From Haplodiscus bocki (taxonomy: Eukaryota), in NCBI GenBank assembly GCA_965655095.1, contig OZ296652.1, forward strand, positions 66,650,001-66,714,000: 64,000 nt of DNA, written 5' to 3'. Position 1 is the first letter of the stretch; every line of letters starts with the position of its first letter. This document shows positions 22,947-34,800 of this stretch, one piece after another. Under the pieces are notes generated by a model. The model was not told the DNA's origin, did not search any database, and saw only the letters and a program-made list of their open reading frames with translations. A program made the translations under genes and the position numbers.

Positions 22947-25900
22947 TATACAAGAAATGGATCACGAAGTTTCTTGAAGTGTCGGAAGCTATGGTAGAAT
23001 TCAACGCATCAAGAGGACCAATTTAGTGGATCAAAAAAACAAAGTGAGAAAACAAAACTGCGACTAAAAATGTTCACAAAAAATAAGGCACCTTTATTGT
23101 CAGGAAGGAGGAACGGCAGCTGGCAGTGTACTGACAGCCAGCCTAAATTTTTCTCAATTGCCCCGATTTAGCACGGGCTCCTAACATTTGCTGATCTCCA
23201 GTTGTATGGTTTCAGTACGTTCGGTCTTTTTAGTGATCGTTTTACAATTAAAAATGCACGACTATTACAGTGGCTATTGTTTTTACCGTGTATTCAACAA
23301 AAACGAAGAGTAGTCAATTTCGTATACTCTTGAAAGAAGAGTCGCTTCAGAGGCCGTATACTAATTAAAAAAAAACAGGAAACGTGAAAAAACTTGAGAA
23401 CGAAAAATTTGGACCTTTTATTTGAAATTTTTTCGTGACAATATGACTTTCCTATTAAGACTCGCCCCCTCGTATCGTCTGAGCCTCATAATTGCCAACC
23501 CTTTTCTAATTTTGACCTCTTTTCTTTTGGTTACATTTTTTCACTTTTTAAAAGCGTTTGGCAGGTTTCATGGCTCTGAAAAAGAAATTTCGAGGAAACC
23601 TAATTTCAACATGTCCTTCATATCGAAAAAAGACCTTTGAATAAATCATATGTAAATCTGTGCTGAATGCTTCCCTGATCATTCATATCCATCGACCATC
23701 AATTTTCAAATAGAGTATCGCAGTTTAAGAACCTCGAAGAAGCACGTTAGTGAATTAAAGAAAGCTTCGAAGGACAATTAAACAAGATTCCCGGCTACGA
23801 TCGGAATTTCACACCTTTTCGCGAATTCTGAATTTTCCATTTTGTGAATGAAAACACAATACTTCAAGAAAATGAGGGTTAAGGAAACGTTACTATTTTT
23901 TTGTTTTTTGCCCTTTTATAAAAATTGAAGAAAACCATGAACCCAAAACGATAGTCTTTTTTTTTACGTTGACTTGCCAAGTGCCAGAACATCTCGACAA
24001 GTAGGCATTTTCTGAATTCGAAAATTTTCACCACCAAAAAATTGCAAATTTACCGGACAACGCGTTTGAATCAGTCACATTTCTTGAAAGAGAAGAAAAG
24101 TATGTTTTTTTCAAAAAAAAACTATTTCTTTGACATAGCGCGATTTTATTAAATGAGGACAAGACGGCAAAATTGATGTGAAATACGAATAAAATAGTAA
24201 AACTTTCATCACGTTTCTCTTCCCAAAAAGTTGGTTGTTCGAAAAAATTCCAGGTTCGGGAGTTGTCGAAATTCCTGAGAAAACATGAAAGCATAAGTTT
24301 TCTGAAAAAAATTTTAATAAAAGCTGCAAGCTGAAAAACATACCGGTGTTTATCGGGCGTCTTGTTCATTGAAATCTTCTACCTTACAAATTATGCTCTC
24401 GTATACACTCACTCGTGATGAATATATTCCCGCCAAAAACAAGTCAGAAGAGGCGTACAATTACCTAATTTTGTACAATTTGATAGAGTTGTTCCAGCAG
24501 ACTGAACAAAAGCCAAAAATATTTTTCCATAAGTAACACAAAATCTTTTTGATACCTCTCAGGTGAAGATGGGAATTCACGGAGAGTGTAAAAACATACG
24601 CACTAGGGAGCCCACTGTTAGGCTTACGGCTATAACCCCTCAGAAAAACAAGAAAAACGTCCTCTGACTTTTCACTCGGAACAACGGTATATCGAGGGTT
24701 TGATATCTAGATATTAACTTCGTTTAAACAAATTACCAATAAAATACACCGACCTTCACTTTTTACTATCCCCAAAAACAACAAGAGGAAAACTTTCTCA
24801 CCATAGTCAACCAAAAACTATGTGATAGGTTACAGTCTCTTCGTTATGACTCTGGAAACACAGCCGCTTTTCAGATTAATCATTTAGGATAATGAATTAC
24901 AATCTGACAAACTCTTTTCAAGAGTCTGAAAAGCAGGATTATCAAGTAATTTTTGGCAAAAAAATAAGACAAAAAAAGTAGCATGTAGGACAGTGAAGTC
25001 TTCTCATTATAGGTTTAGGAAAGACTGGTTATGTCAGCCTGATCTTGGAGCTTTGATGATTAGAAATTGAAAATCTCCAAACAGATCCATTCTCTGGTTT
25101 TCTCGGAATAAATTTTGAGCAAATAAATTTCAGTACGCGGGAGAGCAAGGTCCTATTGTTATACCTCTGGAAACGAGAGGTTATTTTCACAATTATCTCT
25201 AAGGTTAAGAGATTAGAACTTGCGAAGCCAACTTTCAAACGGTGAAAACGATTTTTAGCTTTCACTGCAAAAAAAATGCCGAACATCTATCTGATTTTTC
25301 GGACTCGAACCAAAATTTAGTGAGCAATGAAACTGAATCGTCTCATTGAGTCCGTGCAATGATTAGTTGACGTGCAGGCCTATATGCGAAAAAAACACAG
25401 CTAATAGGACAAATCTTTTAGAACTAGCCAAAAAATCAGAGTTCAAATTTCTTAGGCAAAAACTGATCCAAAAAAAGTCACAGAGCAAACAAAACTCAGT
25501 ATATGACAGACTAGGGTCTTGTGTAACTTTTCATCAGAAAATAATCATATAGGTATATAAACAAGTTAATAGATTTCAAATCAATTTTACCCATTGAATA
25601 ATTGTTTTGGGGGCATTTTGGGTAAACAAACGCCTGAGATTCGATTTCTGAAACTGGCATTTCTTTGTGCAATTTTACAATTTGAAGGCAACATTTCCAA
25701 GATGAATAAAGGCAAAAAAAAATCGAAAGCCCAAAAGAGCACAAATTATTTAATAATTACAGGTTGTAAACGATTAGAAAAAAAAACGTGGATCCTAAAA
25801 AGCTATTACCAGCATAAAGACTGATTCAATTTGATTGCATTTTTGGCCTGGGCTCTTCCCGAAACAAGAAATGAATTCCAAAAGAAAAAAAGAATGGCCT

Positions 25901-26499
25901 CCTACAAAGGAAAAGGCGAGGAAAAAGACCTTGGCGGAAGAATTCGGACCCATAGTTTCGGACAAACATGATTCTGCTGAAAACCGATAAAAAAATTCAT
26001 CAGAAGCCAATGGGAGAAACCTGATTGCACTTTCCCCAAAAATTCACGTATTGCATTTTTGCATTTGCTGAAAATTAGTTTTGTTAAAAAACGCTACAAA
26101 TTGTAGTACAATCAATCAACATTGTATCAAATTTATTTCAAAATTCTGTGTGTAGAATGAATGTTAAACCCAGAAAAGCACTCTCCTCTTTTCTCCACAG
26201 CAACTTTTCTATGCACATTTCAATAGTTTGCAGAGGCTAAAACCTATTGAACGCGTTCCAAAAAGTGCTAATTCTCTCGGTGGTAGTTTCCCTCCACGCT
26301 ATATCATGGCATAGCGAGACGGACGTATGCCAGCAACACAACGTGAGTAGATTTCACATCAAATCGACTAAGGTGAGGTCTAAAAAAAGCTGGTACGACA
26401 ACGTTCTCACTATATCTCCACTTTCGCCTTCGATATTCAAGAACATAAGCCCCTTCAGCCTTTTAGTACCTAAGAAGTAAAGGTCTTAAAGTCGGCCAA

Positions 26500-27200
26500 T
26501 AGTGTTCAGATATTCCAAAGTATCGACGAAGAGGCGATATGAACTAGATTTTCAACATACTTTCAGACTGGAACCGAAATGTATAATATCGTCAAAAGCA
26601 AACTTATACCTCACACTTCAAATATGAAAATGTTACGACAAAACAACCAAATGAGCTCAATTTTCAAGATTCTTCAGAAAACATATCAACAAATTTTCGG
26701 AACAAAATTTAAAACTCGTATCTCATCAACAAGAGTTTTCTTAATACCCATTTGCAATTTGAGGACCCTAATAACAAGCTAGAGCACACTGAAAATGAAA
26801 AAGTATCGACAAAATAGCTAAATGAACTCGAGTTTGTAACTCCTTTCGTAAAAAAAACCTATCTACAGAAATTCAATTCGGAACGTAGTAATTTTCGCAG
26901 AAACTGTTTCCAACATTTAGAGGCTTTGGAGACCGCTGTACCAAGATATAGCAGTTGGAAAATTATTCAGTTTCGACAAAACAGCCAGATCAGAAAAACC
27001 TATCGAATAGTTTTCAGTGCGGATCAAAAAATTGACATGTTTTCAACAGGAAAGCTATTAGTATCACGCCGCATAATTATCCCGTTAGCTGACTTGTGGA
27101 CCGGCGTGCTAAATTATAGTCTATCAAAAAAGAATAATTATCGACAAAATAGCTCAAATAAGATGACAACAAGGATTTTTTCGAAAATTTATGTATGAAA
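26500..27200. repeat. Diverged tandem repeat, period about 168 bp
   Basis: (T/A)CGACAAAA(T/C)A(G/A)C-type motif near 26521, 26637, 26806, 26974, 27141. Confidence 0.55.
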
Positions 27201-27779
27201 CACTTTATTTGGCGTCTATCGGACGATTGGCCATCTAATATACGAATGATTTGTAATGCTTATGCGTAGCAAAGTCAAATCTAGGCGGCGCCAATTCCGC
27301 TAAAATCTGCCCCTTTTTTCATATCTTCTCAAAAACCTATTTCTTGAGAAACGTAGCTCTACATGCGAAAGATAGCGCGTGTTTCTGAGAAATACAGTAA
27401 ATAAAACAGAAGGATAGAACATATTTCTCAGATCTACAGCATACTTTATTCTGTTAAGCGTTTTGTTTCGCCAAACCGTGACAAAATTTCTGAGAAAGTT
27501 TATTTTAGACTTCAGTATGACTGTCCACGCGTCATCTGAGGTGACATTTCGTGCAAAAATAAATTCTATGCCGTTTGAAAATCTTGGCATGCATAAATAA
27601 GGGGTTCAAAGTTTACTGCAACGTTTGTACCAGTGCCATGGACATGAAACGTTTCAGCAACATTTGAAGAACATATACACAAAATTGATTCATATAACAT
27701 GCTATAGTCACATGATTGCGAGAATATCTTCGAGAATGGTTGAGACTGAGATTGCGGCGAATTCTTTGAAGATGTAAAT

Positions 27780-28150
27780 AAAAGAGTTTGAAAAATATCC
27801 CCGTCGTGTTGATGAGTGGAGAAAATTTTGAAAAAAAAGACGAAACTGGGGCTGCTTTTCCCATTCCATGTCTTACCAGATGGGGCACGTGGTTAGATGC
27901 CATTTGTTACATAAATTCACAATGGATTTCTCGAAAACGTTTATGGAGAAAAATGAGCCTACAGTCTTCAGCTGCAGCAAAAGTTTGCCAGGAAAAGCAG
28001 AAACCGGAAAGCATTAAAAGTATGGGGTTTTTGTCAGCCTTCGAGTTCCTCAAATAATCAGAAGCAAGCGACTTTAGCGTTAATAAAGCAAATGTCCAAT
28101 TGGGGAAAATATCCGAGAAATTATTTGACCTGAAAACTGGAAATATTATA
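27780..28150 (+). mobile_element. DNA transposase relic (hAT-related/DUF659-like)
   Basis: FPIPCLTRWGTWLDAICY matches the P.P..TRWGTWL.A..Y signature. Confidence 0.55.
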
Positions 28151-28288
28151 GCCGACTCTTGATAAAGTTGCCGGATTTTACAGTAAAAAAACTCGGGTCT
28201 AGCAACTGCAGCAAGGATTGCGAGGGGGGAGGATGTTGTTGTTGTTGTTGTAGTGAATTTCCAGCCTGCAGACTGGGGGGACTTCTCC

Positions 28289-31090
28289 CTATATTGTCCA
28301 AAGGCTCCAGGAGTTTCGGCACGAGTGGCAGTCGCATGCGAAGTGCCACGTGCAGTTGTTTTCAGTGTATCTAGTTGCAAATGAATTCCAGTAGAACGCC
28401 GTCAGTCGTTTCTTTAGACCTATTGGACTGAAAAAATCGACATGGGGAGGTAAAAAGTTTGCCACCCTGCAAGTTCTGAAGCAAAACTCGGTGCGCGCTT
28501 TTTCTGTTCTAACTTTTGGTAGTTCGAATTTGAACGTCAGCGATCTTGGGTTGAATGTTTTTTCAAATAGCTTCGGTGTTTGCCGATCATTTTGGCACAG
28601 CTTGCATAGATGTAGCAGATCCACTATTTGGAGAAACAGGGATAGAGGCAGCAATTCAGACTTTTCTAGCAAAACTCTGTATGGTGATTTGTAGTCTGCA
28701 AGGACCCACTTCAAACTCGTTTTTGGAAGACTTCAATTTTGGCCTGAGATTGCTTGCTCAGATGTAGACAGGGCGAAGCGTATGTAATAATCGGAAGTAT
28801 CATAGACTTATACAGACACAGTTTTGCAAGTGAGTTTGTTTGAAAAGAAGTGTTGCGCTTTACAAAGTAAAGCGTTTGTACAGCTTTTTTGAGTTTCTCA
28901 TCGATATGCTCGTTTCAAGTTACGTCAGGACATATGAACACTCCCAAGTCTTTCATGTATTCAGCCGGTTTGAGGATCTCTGTATTCAATTCGAAGTTGC
29001 TGTTTGAACCGCGAAATTCTAGGAAACCGTTTTTGCCTTCAGCGGGTAACATTTGATTTTCTTTGTTCCAGCGTTGGAAGCGTTTTAGTTCAAGCTCGAT
29101 TATAACATGGTTGTTTGTGGTCGTAACAAATTTTAGGTCATCAGCAAAAAGAAGCGTGTAGGAATTTCGAAACGCATTCCGAAGGTCGTTAATGAAAAAG
29201 CAGAATAACACCGGCCCCAGGATGGAGCCTTGAGGTACACCGCTTATTATATTTAGTTTCGTTGAGCTGCAATTTCTAATACGTACGTAGTGTTTTCTAT
29301 TGGTGAGATAGTCAACTAGAACTTGAAGAAGGCATCCGCCTACTCCCATAATTTCCAAATTTGTGAAGAAGTTCAGAGTGGGGTATTTCGGTTTTGGGGT
29401 CAGCGTCTAACGTTTTTGATACCATTTCAAGGTAGGACAGGAGATTTGATAAAACAGATCTCTTTTTGATGAATCCATGCTGACAGTTACTGACAAGTGT
29501 TGCCAAGTGGCTGTAGAGCGGGACGTTCAAGCATCTTTCAAGAGTCTTGCTGGCAAAATTCAGTATCGTAACAGGCCTATAGTTTTCTACAGCGTTTTTA
29601 TTTTGCCTTTTTTTGTGAATTGGCGAAATGGCACCAGTTTTCCAGTCTTCTGGAATCTCTTTGAGTCTTTTCACAGTTCTAAATAGCGTGTTGAATGCAC
29701 AACCCATGGGTTCAGCTAGCTTTTTGAAGAACATTGGAGGGATACCATCTGGTCCTCTGGACTTTGTTTCAGCAGTTTCTTCAAGAATTGATCTAATTAA
29801 TCGCTTTGGACAGAAAAATTAGTCACTAATCCTTCCGTTACTTCACTTGTTTGTCTTGTTGAGATTTTACATGGCTGTGAGTACACAGACTGGAAATATT
29901 CGTTTAAAAGGTTTGCTTTTTGTTGCATGGTTTTAGCTTCTACAGTGCCAAATCTTAAAACTTCGGGTATGTCAGCATTTTTGTTCATTGATTTAAAATG
30001 TTTAAAGAGAAAATTCGTTTTTCGAGATGAGAAGAGTTAATATTGATATTCTGATTTGTCGAGTTCGGCTTCTTCTAGCAGCAGTTTTTCCATTTCAGAC
30101 AGTTTTCGTTTTCGATATGAGGTCGGCTTTGATTGATAAAGTCGCCCTTGACTCTCGACACGCTTGAGCAAGTTTGATGTGTCACTCGTATACCAAACAG
30201 GTAGACTCTGACGATGCCTCGTTCTTCGGGGCACGAACATATCGATAATTCCCTTGCAATAGATTTCAAATTCCTTGTTCAATCTATTGATGTTAGTGAA
30301 GCACTCGGGCCTAAAGGGATTTTGGTTCATGTAGGTTCTTATTTCATCATAGTTTGCAGAGCCGTAGCTGTAGTAACAATCGTGAAGTGGCTTCCGTTTT
30401 CTCATTGATATGTAGAAATCAAAAGAGACCGGTCGGTGATCGGAACAGTTGTAGCAACTTTCAAACTTTTCATCGATTTGTGCATTTACTACTAGATCTT
30501 TCGCAAAGACTACGGCTAATGTCTTCCTACCGCAAGTCGGAAACCTAATCACTTGTTCGGCATTTAAGCCATCTGGCTCGTTCAGCATGTTGTTTTCTTC
30601 GGTGTCAATGCTTTGGTTCGTGTCCCAGTTCGTGTTCGGGAAGTTTATGTCACCACAGACAACGATCGGAGTGTTCTTTTTTAAGAGAGAGTTCACCAAG
30701 ATATTGAAGTCTTCAAAAGTATACCGATAGGTACTACCTCTAGGTGGATTGTAGAAAACGCAAAGAACGATTGGTTTCAGAAGCTGTAGTTGAACTGCAA
30801 CGCAGCAGTTGGGAAGTTTCAGATTGAGCTGCTCAGACTTGATATTTTTAATTACCGCGATCAATGCACCTACAGGGCGTGATGCGCCCTCTTCTGTTGG
30901 TTCTCTTTCACTGCGGTAGATGTTAAAAGTACATAGATATAGCTGAGTCGCCTATGTTTGCGGTAAGCCATGTTTCAGTGAGACAAAGAATCATACAGGT
31001 GTTCAAGCTAACAGCCGTTGCAAACTTCATTCTTCTATCTACATCAATTAGACTTCTAGTGTTTAAAAGAAGGCAATTCAGTTGCGAGAG
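28289..31090 (-). pseudogene. LINE ORF2 (AP endonuclease + reverse transcriptase), frameshifted
   Basis: LNTRS, CLTETW, YNPP, CGDIN, SDH (APE); GPDGIP, NYRPVT, QHGF, GVPQGSILGP, LFADD, KDLGV (RT). Confidence 0.92.
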
Positions 31091-31958
31091 TCAATCCTGC
31101 TCGGGTTGCTCTTCACTTAGGGGGACAAGAACCCCATCTTGAAAAAGTTCAAAGTTCCGTATTTTGAGTTGCGATGGAGTGATACCGTTGTTCAGAAGCT
31201 CGCGCCGTTTTTTCAGACACATATTTTCTCTCTTGGCATCCTCGGCCGACAAGGCGGGCAAGATGTGAATTCCCATCTCTTTCATTCTCTTTCTATTTTC
31301 AGCACTTTTAGCAAGTACAACTCGGACATCCCAGTCATTGCTCAAAGTGACTATGACGTACCTTGGGGTCGGTCGTTCCTTATCAAATTTACCGAGACGC
31401 TGAAGCCGCTCGATTTTTACATCAACTCCTATTTCTGTCATTACTTCCTAAAGTTTTTCATTTGCTAGGAGCGCATTTTCTTCTTTATTTTTGGTGAGGT
31501 CTTCTGGAAGACCACGCACACGAAAACTTGACTTGACGTTGTGATGGGTATTAGGTGTTTTGAGTGGGCCAGTTTTGTTAGGTATGGCTTTGATTTGTGG
31601 TTCAAGCCGTTTCTTGATGATCTTCGTGACTACTTCAATACGAATTTCGCATTTCTCAACCACAATACTGACTCTCTCATCTATAGACTTCTCAATCGTT
31701 CGCTCAAGGTTCTCAAGTTTACAGTTCAATTTTTCATTGGCCTGAATTGTGTTCAGAAGATGATCTTTATGATTATTTTCAACGCAGTCGTCGCAAAAAA
31801 AGAGCTACTCGTGCGCCTAGTTTCTTGATGCCATTGATTGCTACGTTTGAAAGTCCTGTGCAAGTCGGATTTAAGTGCATTCTATTTTCACACGCAACGC
31901 AATGATAGGTTACATCTTTTGCACCGATTTGTTTGTTACATGTCTTGCAGGGTGCCAT
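31091..31958 (-). pseudogene. LINE ORF1 (PHD finger + coiled coil + RRM-like)
   Basis: CKTC...CVAC...H...C; LENLE coiled coil; RVRGLPE; RLGKFD...PRYVIVTL; internal stop and frameshift. Confidence 0.85.
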
Positions 31959-32824
31959 TGTGAGCGGGGGAACGAGCCTTACGCTTACTGCCACCAAGGG
32001 ACCTACGCGGGAACAAACTTCAGCGAGTTCCCAAGGGACAGAAAACAAAAGCAAAAGACAAACAACTAAGCTTGTTGTTTCTTTTCTTGCTTCTTTTGGA
32101 CCTGCTTCCTTTTCTTCTGCGATGGGCGCTTCACTTTTGACCTTCGACGAACTTGAACAGGCTGCAGGAGTGAGCCTCAGGAGACAACTATCTACTCGTT
32201 TGCTCCCTGTACTTCTGTGTCAGTTGAAAGATTTATTTTCGATCCTCCATTGCTTTTTGCAGGACAGAAGTAACAGTTGAAGCTACAATGTTGAAACTGT
32301 TATTTCTGCAGTATAATATCAAACGTTTTCATATGAACGTATCCATATTTTCATCTAAAATTTCATATGAATTGTTTTGTTCCGCCGTTTTTTCCACCTC
32401 AAGTGGAAGTTTTCCGCCTAAAAAGACCGCCTTTTCCAGACGATTTCCGCCTAAATTTGAATTTCCTAACTATGAGCCACGCAACGTAACTAACGAACGT
32501 AAATATAAATCAACATCAGTGTTTTACAACATATCTATATTGCGTCAGGTCGCAAGAAAGGACACGAGCATGTTACTATCTTCACCTTCGATATTAAAAG
32601 AAAACAGAAATCGGTGAGCCCTAAACAGAATGAACCAATAGTTTAAGAGAGAACTTTCGGAACTGCCCACAATCGATATTTTAAGCATTTGTTGACAATA
32701 ATTCAACGTCCTGGTCGAATCTCTACGAATCCAACTCCAAGGCTGTTTATGCATTTAAAGAAAAGTTACTTTGTAGAAAATCAAATCATATGCTGCTTCA
32801 TGAAAACTGTTGGTTGAAATCTGC

Positions 32825-32830
32825 TTTATT
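32825..32830 (-). promoter_or_regulatory. Polyadenylation signal AATAAA of GPx gene B
   Basis: AATAAA about 30 nt downstream of the SECIS. Confidence 0.6.
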
Positions 32831-32860
32831 GCGTCAATTCTAGAATTAAATTAAATGTTA

Positions 32861-32926
32861 AAGCTCCAAATTTCAATTGGCCGCTCCCCCAAAGAGGTTT
32901 AACGATCAACGTCATTACTGGAACTC
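32861..32926 (-). promoter_or_regulatory. SECIS element (type II) of GPx gene B
   Basis: GAGUUCCAG-UA-AUGAC-GUUGAUCGUU-AAA-CCUCUUUGGGGG-AGCGGCCAAU-UGAAA-UUUGGAGCUU: helix I, AUGA/GA core, helix II, AAA bulge, apical mini-stem. Confidence 0.93.
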
Positions 32927-32935
32927 AGCGGTCAT

Positions 32936-33460
32936 TCAATTATTTCTGCCCTTCCTAGAACCTTCTTCGAGCAACCTTTCAATGTCTTTGACCATATCCA
33001 CTGGTGGCCTCTTCAACCCAAACTTCATTCTCGGCACCCCTTTGCGATCAATCAAATACTTGGTGAAATTCCAATAACACCTTCCCAATTTATGGCTTAG
33101 AAATGAGAAGAGAGGATGTTGGCCACAACATGTAACTTTCACTTTGGCAAACAAGTCATACGTAACATCAAAAGATTGCACGAACTTCCGGATTTCATCG
33201 TGACTTTTGGGCTCCTGCATAAACTGGTTGCAAGGAAAAGCGAGAATTCTCAAACCCCGTTCCTCGTACTGATTGTAGATTTCCTGCAGTTGCACGTAAT
33301 TTTCAGTGGCTTTGCCTCATTTGGATGCCGTATTCACTATAATACAAACATAACCCGCGTATTTCCGCAGAGACACCAAATTTAAATTCATGTCAAGTAC
33401 GTCAAACTGATAAATTGTTTCTTGAGTTCGAGGATTCTCAATGGGACCGATATCCACCAT
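32936..33460 (-). CDS. Selenoprotein glutathione peroxidase B (divergent GPx4-like paralogue), 174 aa, Sec48, intronless
   Basis: ATG 33458-33460; MVDIGP...IYQFDVLD...VCIIVNTASK-U(TGA 33317-33319)-GKATENY...FPCNQFMQEP...YWNFTKYL; 525 nt in one frame; SECIS downstream. Confidence 0.93.
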
Positions 33461-33699
33461 ATTGAAGAGATTTCAAAAATATAACAAGAGGTGGAAATGT
33501 ATTCGAGTAGACTAAATATTTCACACAAGATGAGTCATGCCTTGTTTCACATGAAATGAGTCATACTTTGAGCAGGGTACGTTGAAATTTCCAAAAGTAA
33601 CCAATTTAGACGCCTGACAAAATTAACAAACGAGCCAAGAATGGCCAGAGTAAGCGCTATTCGTAAGGCTTAAAACCCTCATAGGACGGGAGTGTTTGA

Positions 33700-34800
33700 A
33701 ATGTTTTGGGATTTTCGGAAACAAATGTCATCTGCAGTATCAGGATTTTTTCCAGTGCACTTTAGCAGCCAATTATTTTCGCAGAGATATTCGTAATTTC
33801 ATATACTACCTAAAACAGCCAGAAGTTGAAAAAATGGTCTCGGCCTTTCAAAATTTTGGTTTCTTCAGAGGGGATATGAAAAAAAAATGGATTTGGTGTG
33901 TTAAATCGTGTTCGCGTAGAAACGGTATCTCGAAAATATTCGGAGTTTCCGTTTTCTGTACAGAGGGTATTAAAAATTTTGCGGAAAAGCTTGTGTCACA
34001 TTGCCGAAAACAATATCTTAAGGGGACTCTAAGGTACTTAAAAAATGTAATGTGCAGAAGTTTTCGGTTAAGCAAGGAGGTAATCCACACTTTAATCCGA
34101 AATTTGTTTCATAGTACAGAAAAAGTTCGCAGGGAGGCTTTTGTCACCCTGGCAATTTCGGGGCGCCTTGGAGAAACCGGCAGATCCTTTGGAGCTTTTT
34201 CAGAAAAAATTCCGGTAAAGTGCACTAAATTTGGACAGATTCGAAGACAGGAAAGCGTCTTACGAAAAATAGAAAAGGCAATGTAATAGTCGGGTATTTT
34301 AATTTGGCGCTTGTACTCAAGTAAAAAGCGACTCGTAGTCATTTTGTTTTTACTAAGATCACAACAAACTGTCTACTTTCTCTCCAAAATTCTCCCCGGG
34401 AATTTTATTTCAAAGGATGCAAATGCAGTCTATAACAAGCACGGTCAAGTACCCACAAAATCGAAAGTGTCTTCTACAGAAGTTTTTCGGCACTGATACA
34501 AAAAAAGTATGTAAAATTTGTGATACCCCCTTATGTATAAAATTTTTCGATACCAGAAACTTTCTGAAACACCAAAAGGGCCCCCCTCATTAATTCTTTC
34601 TGTGACACTGAAAGCTTTCGTCATCTCCCTTGTAACACCCCTCTATGATTTACCAAGAATTTCGCGACCGACAAAATCAACGCCAGAAACTTTCAGAAAC
34701 ATTCAGAAATTTTCAGCGACAAAAATAATTTCGGCGGAAAATCGTGGTACTCCGTTTCATATATGTTAAATTTTAAATACAAAAACTCTCACACATTGTG
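33700..34800. repeat. Interspersed repeat family, here as an inverted pair of degenerate copies
   Basis: 34480-34770 (TTTTTCGGCACTG...GATACCCCCTTATGTATAAAATTTTTCGATACCAGAAACTTTCTGAAACACCAAAAGG) is nearly identical to 57480-57600; a degenerate reverse copy lies at ~33850-34040. Confidence 0.7.

Larger units (their letters stand above)
28233..32072 (-). mobile_element. Near full-length decayed non-LTR retrotransposon (CR1/L2-like)
   Basis: ORF1 (PHD, coiled coil, RRM-like); ORF2 APE and RT; short 3'UTR ending in an (ACA)n tail at ~28233-28252. Confidence 0.92.

Noticed and set aside
28146-28380. Poly-Q / poly-T / poly-C ORFs
   Set aside because: Translations of the LINE (ACA)n tail
33696-34286. 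196-aa ORF as a gene
   Set aside because: Lies in repeat-family sequence, non-ATG start, no recognisable motifs
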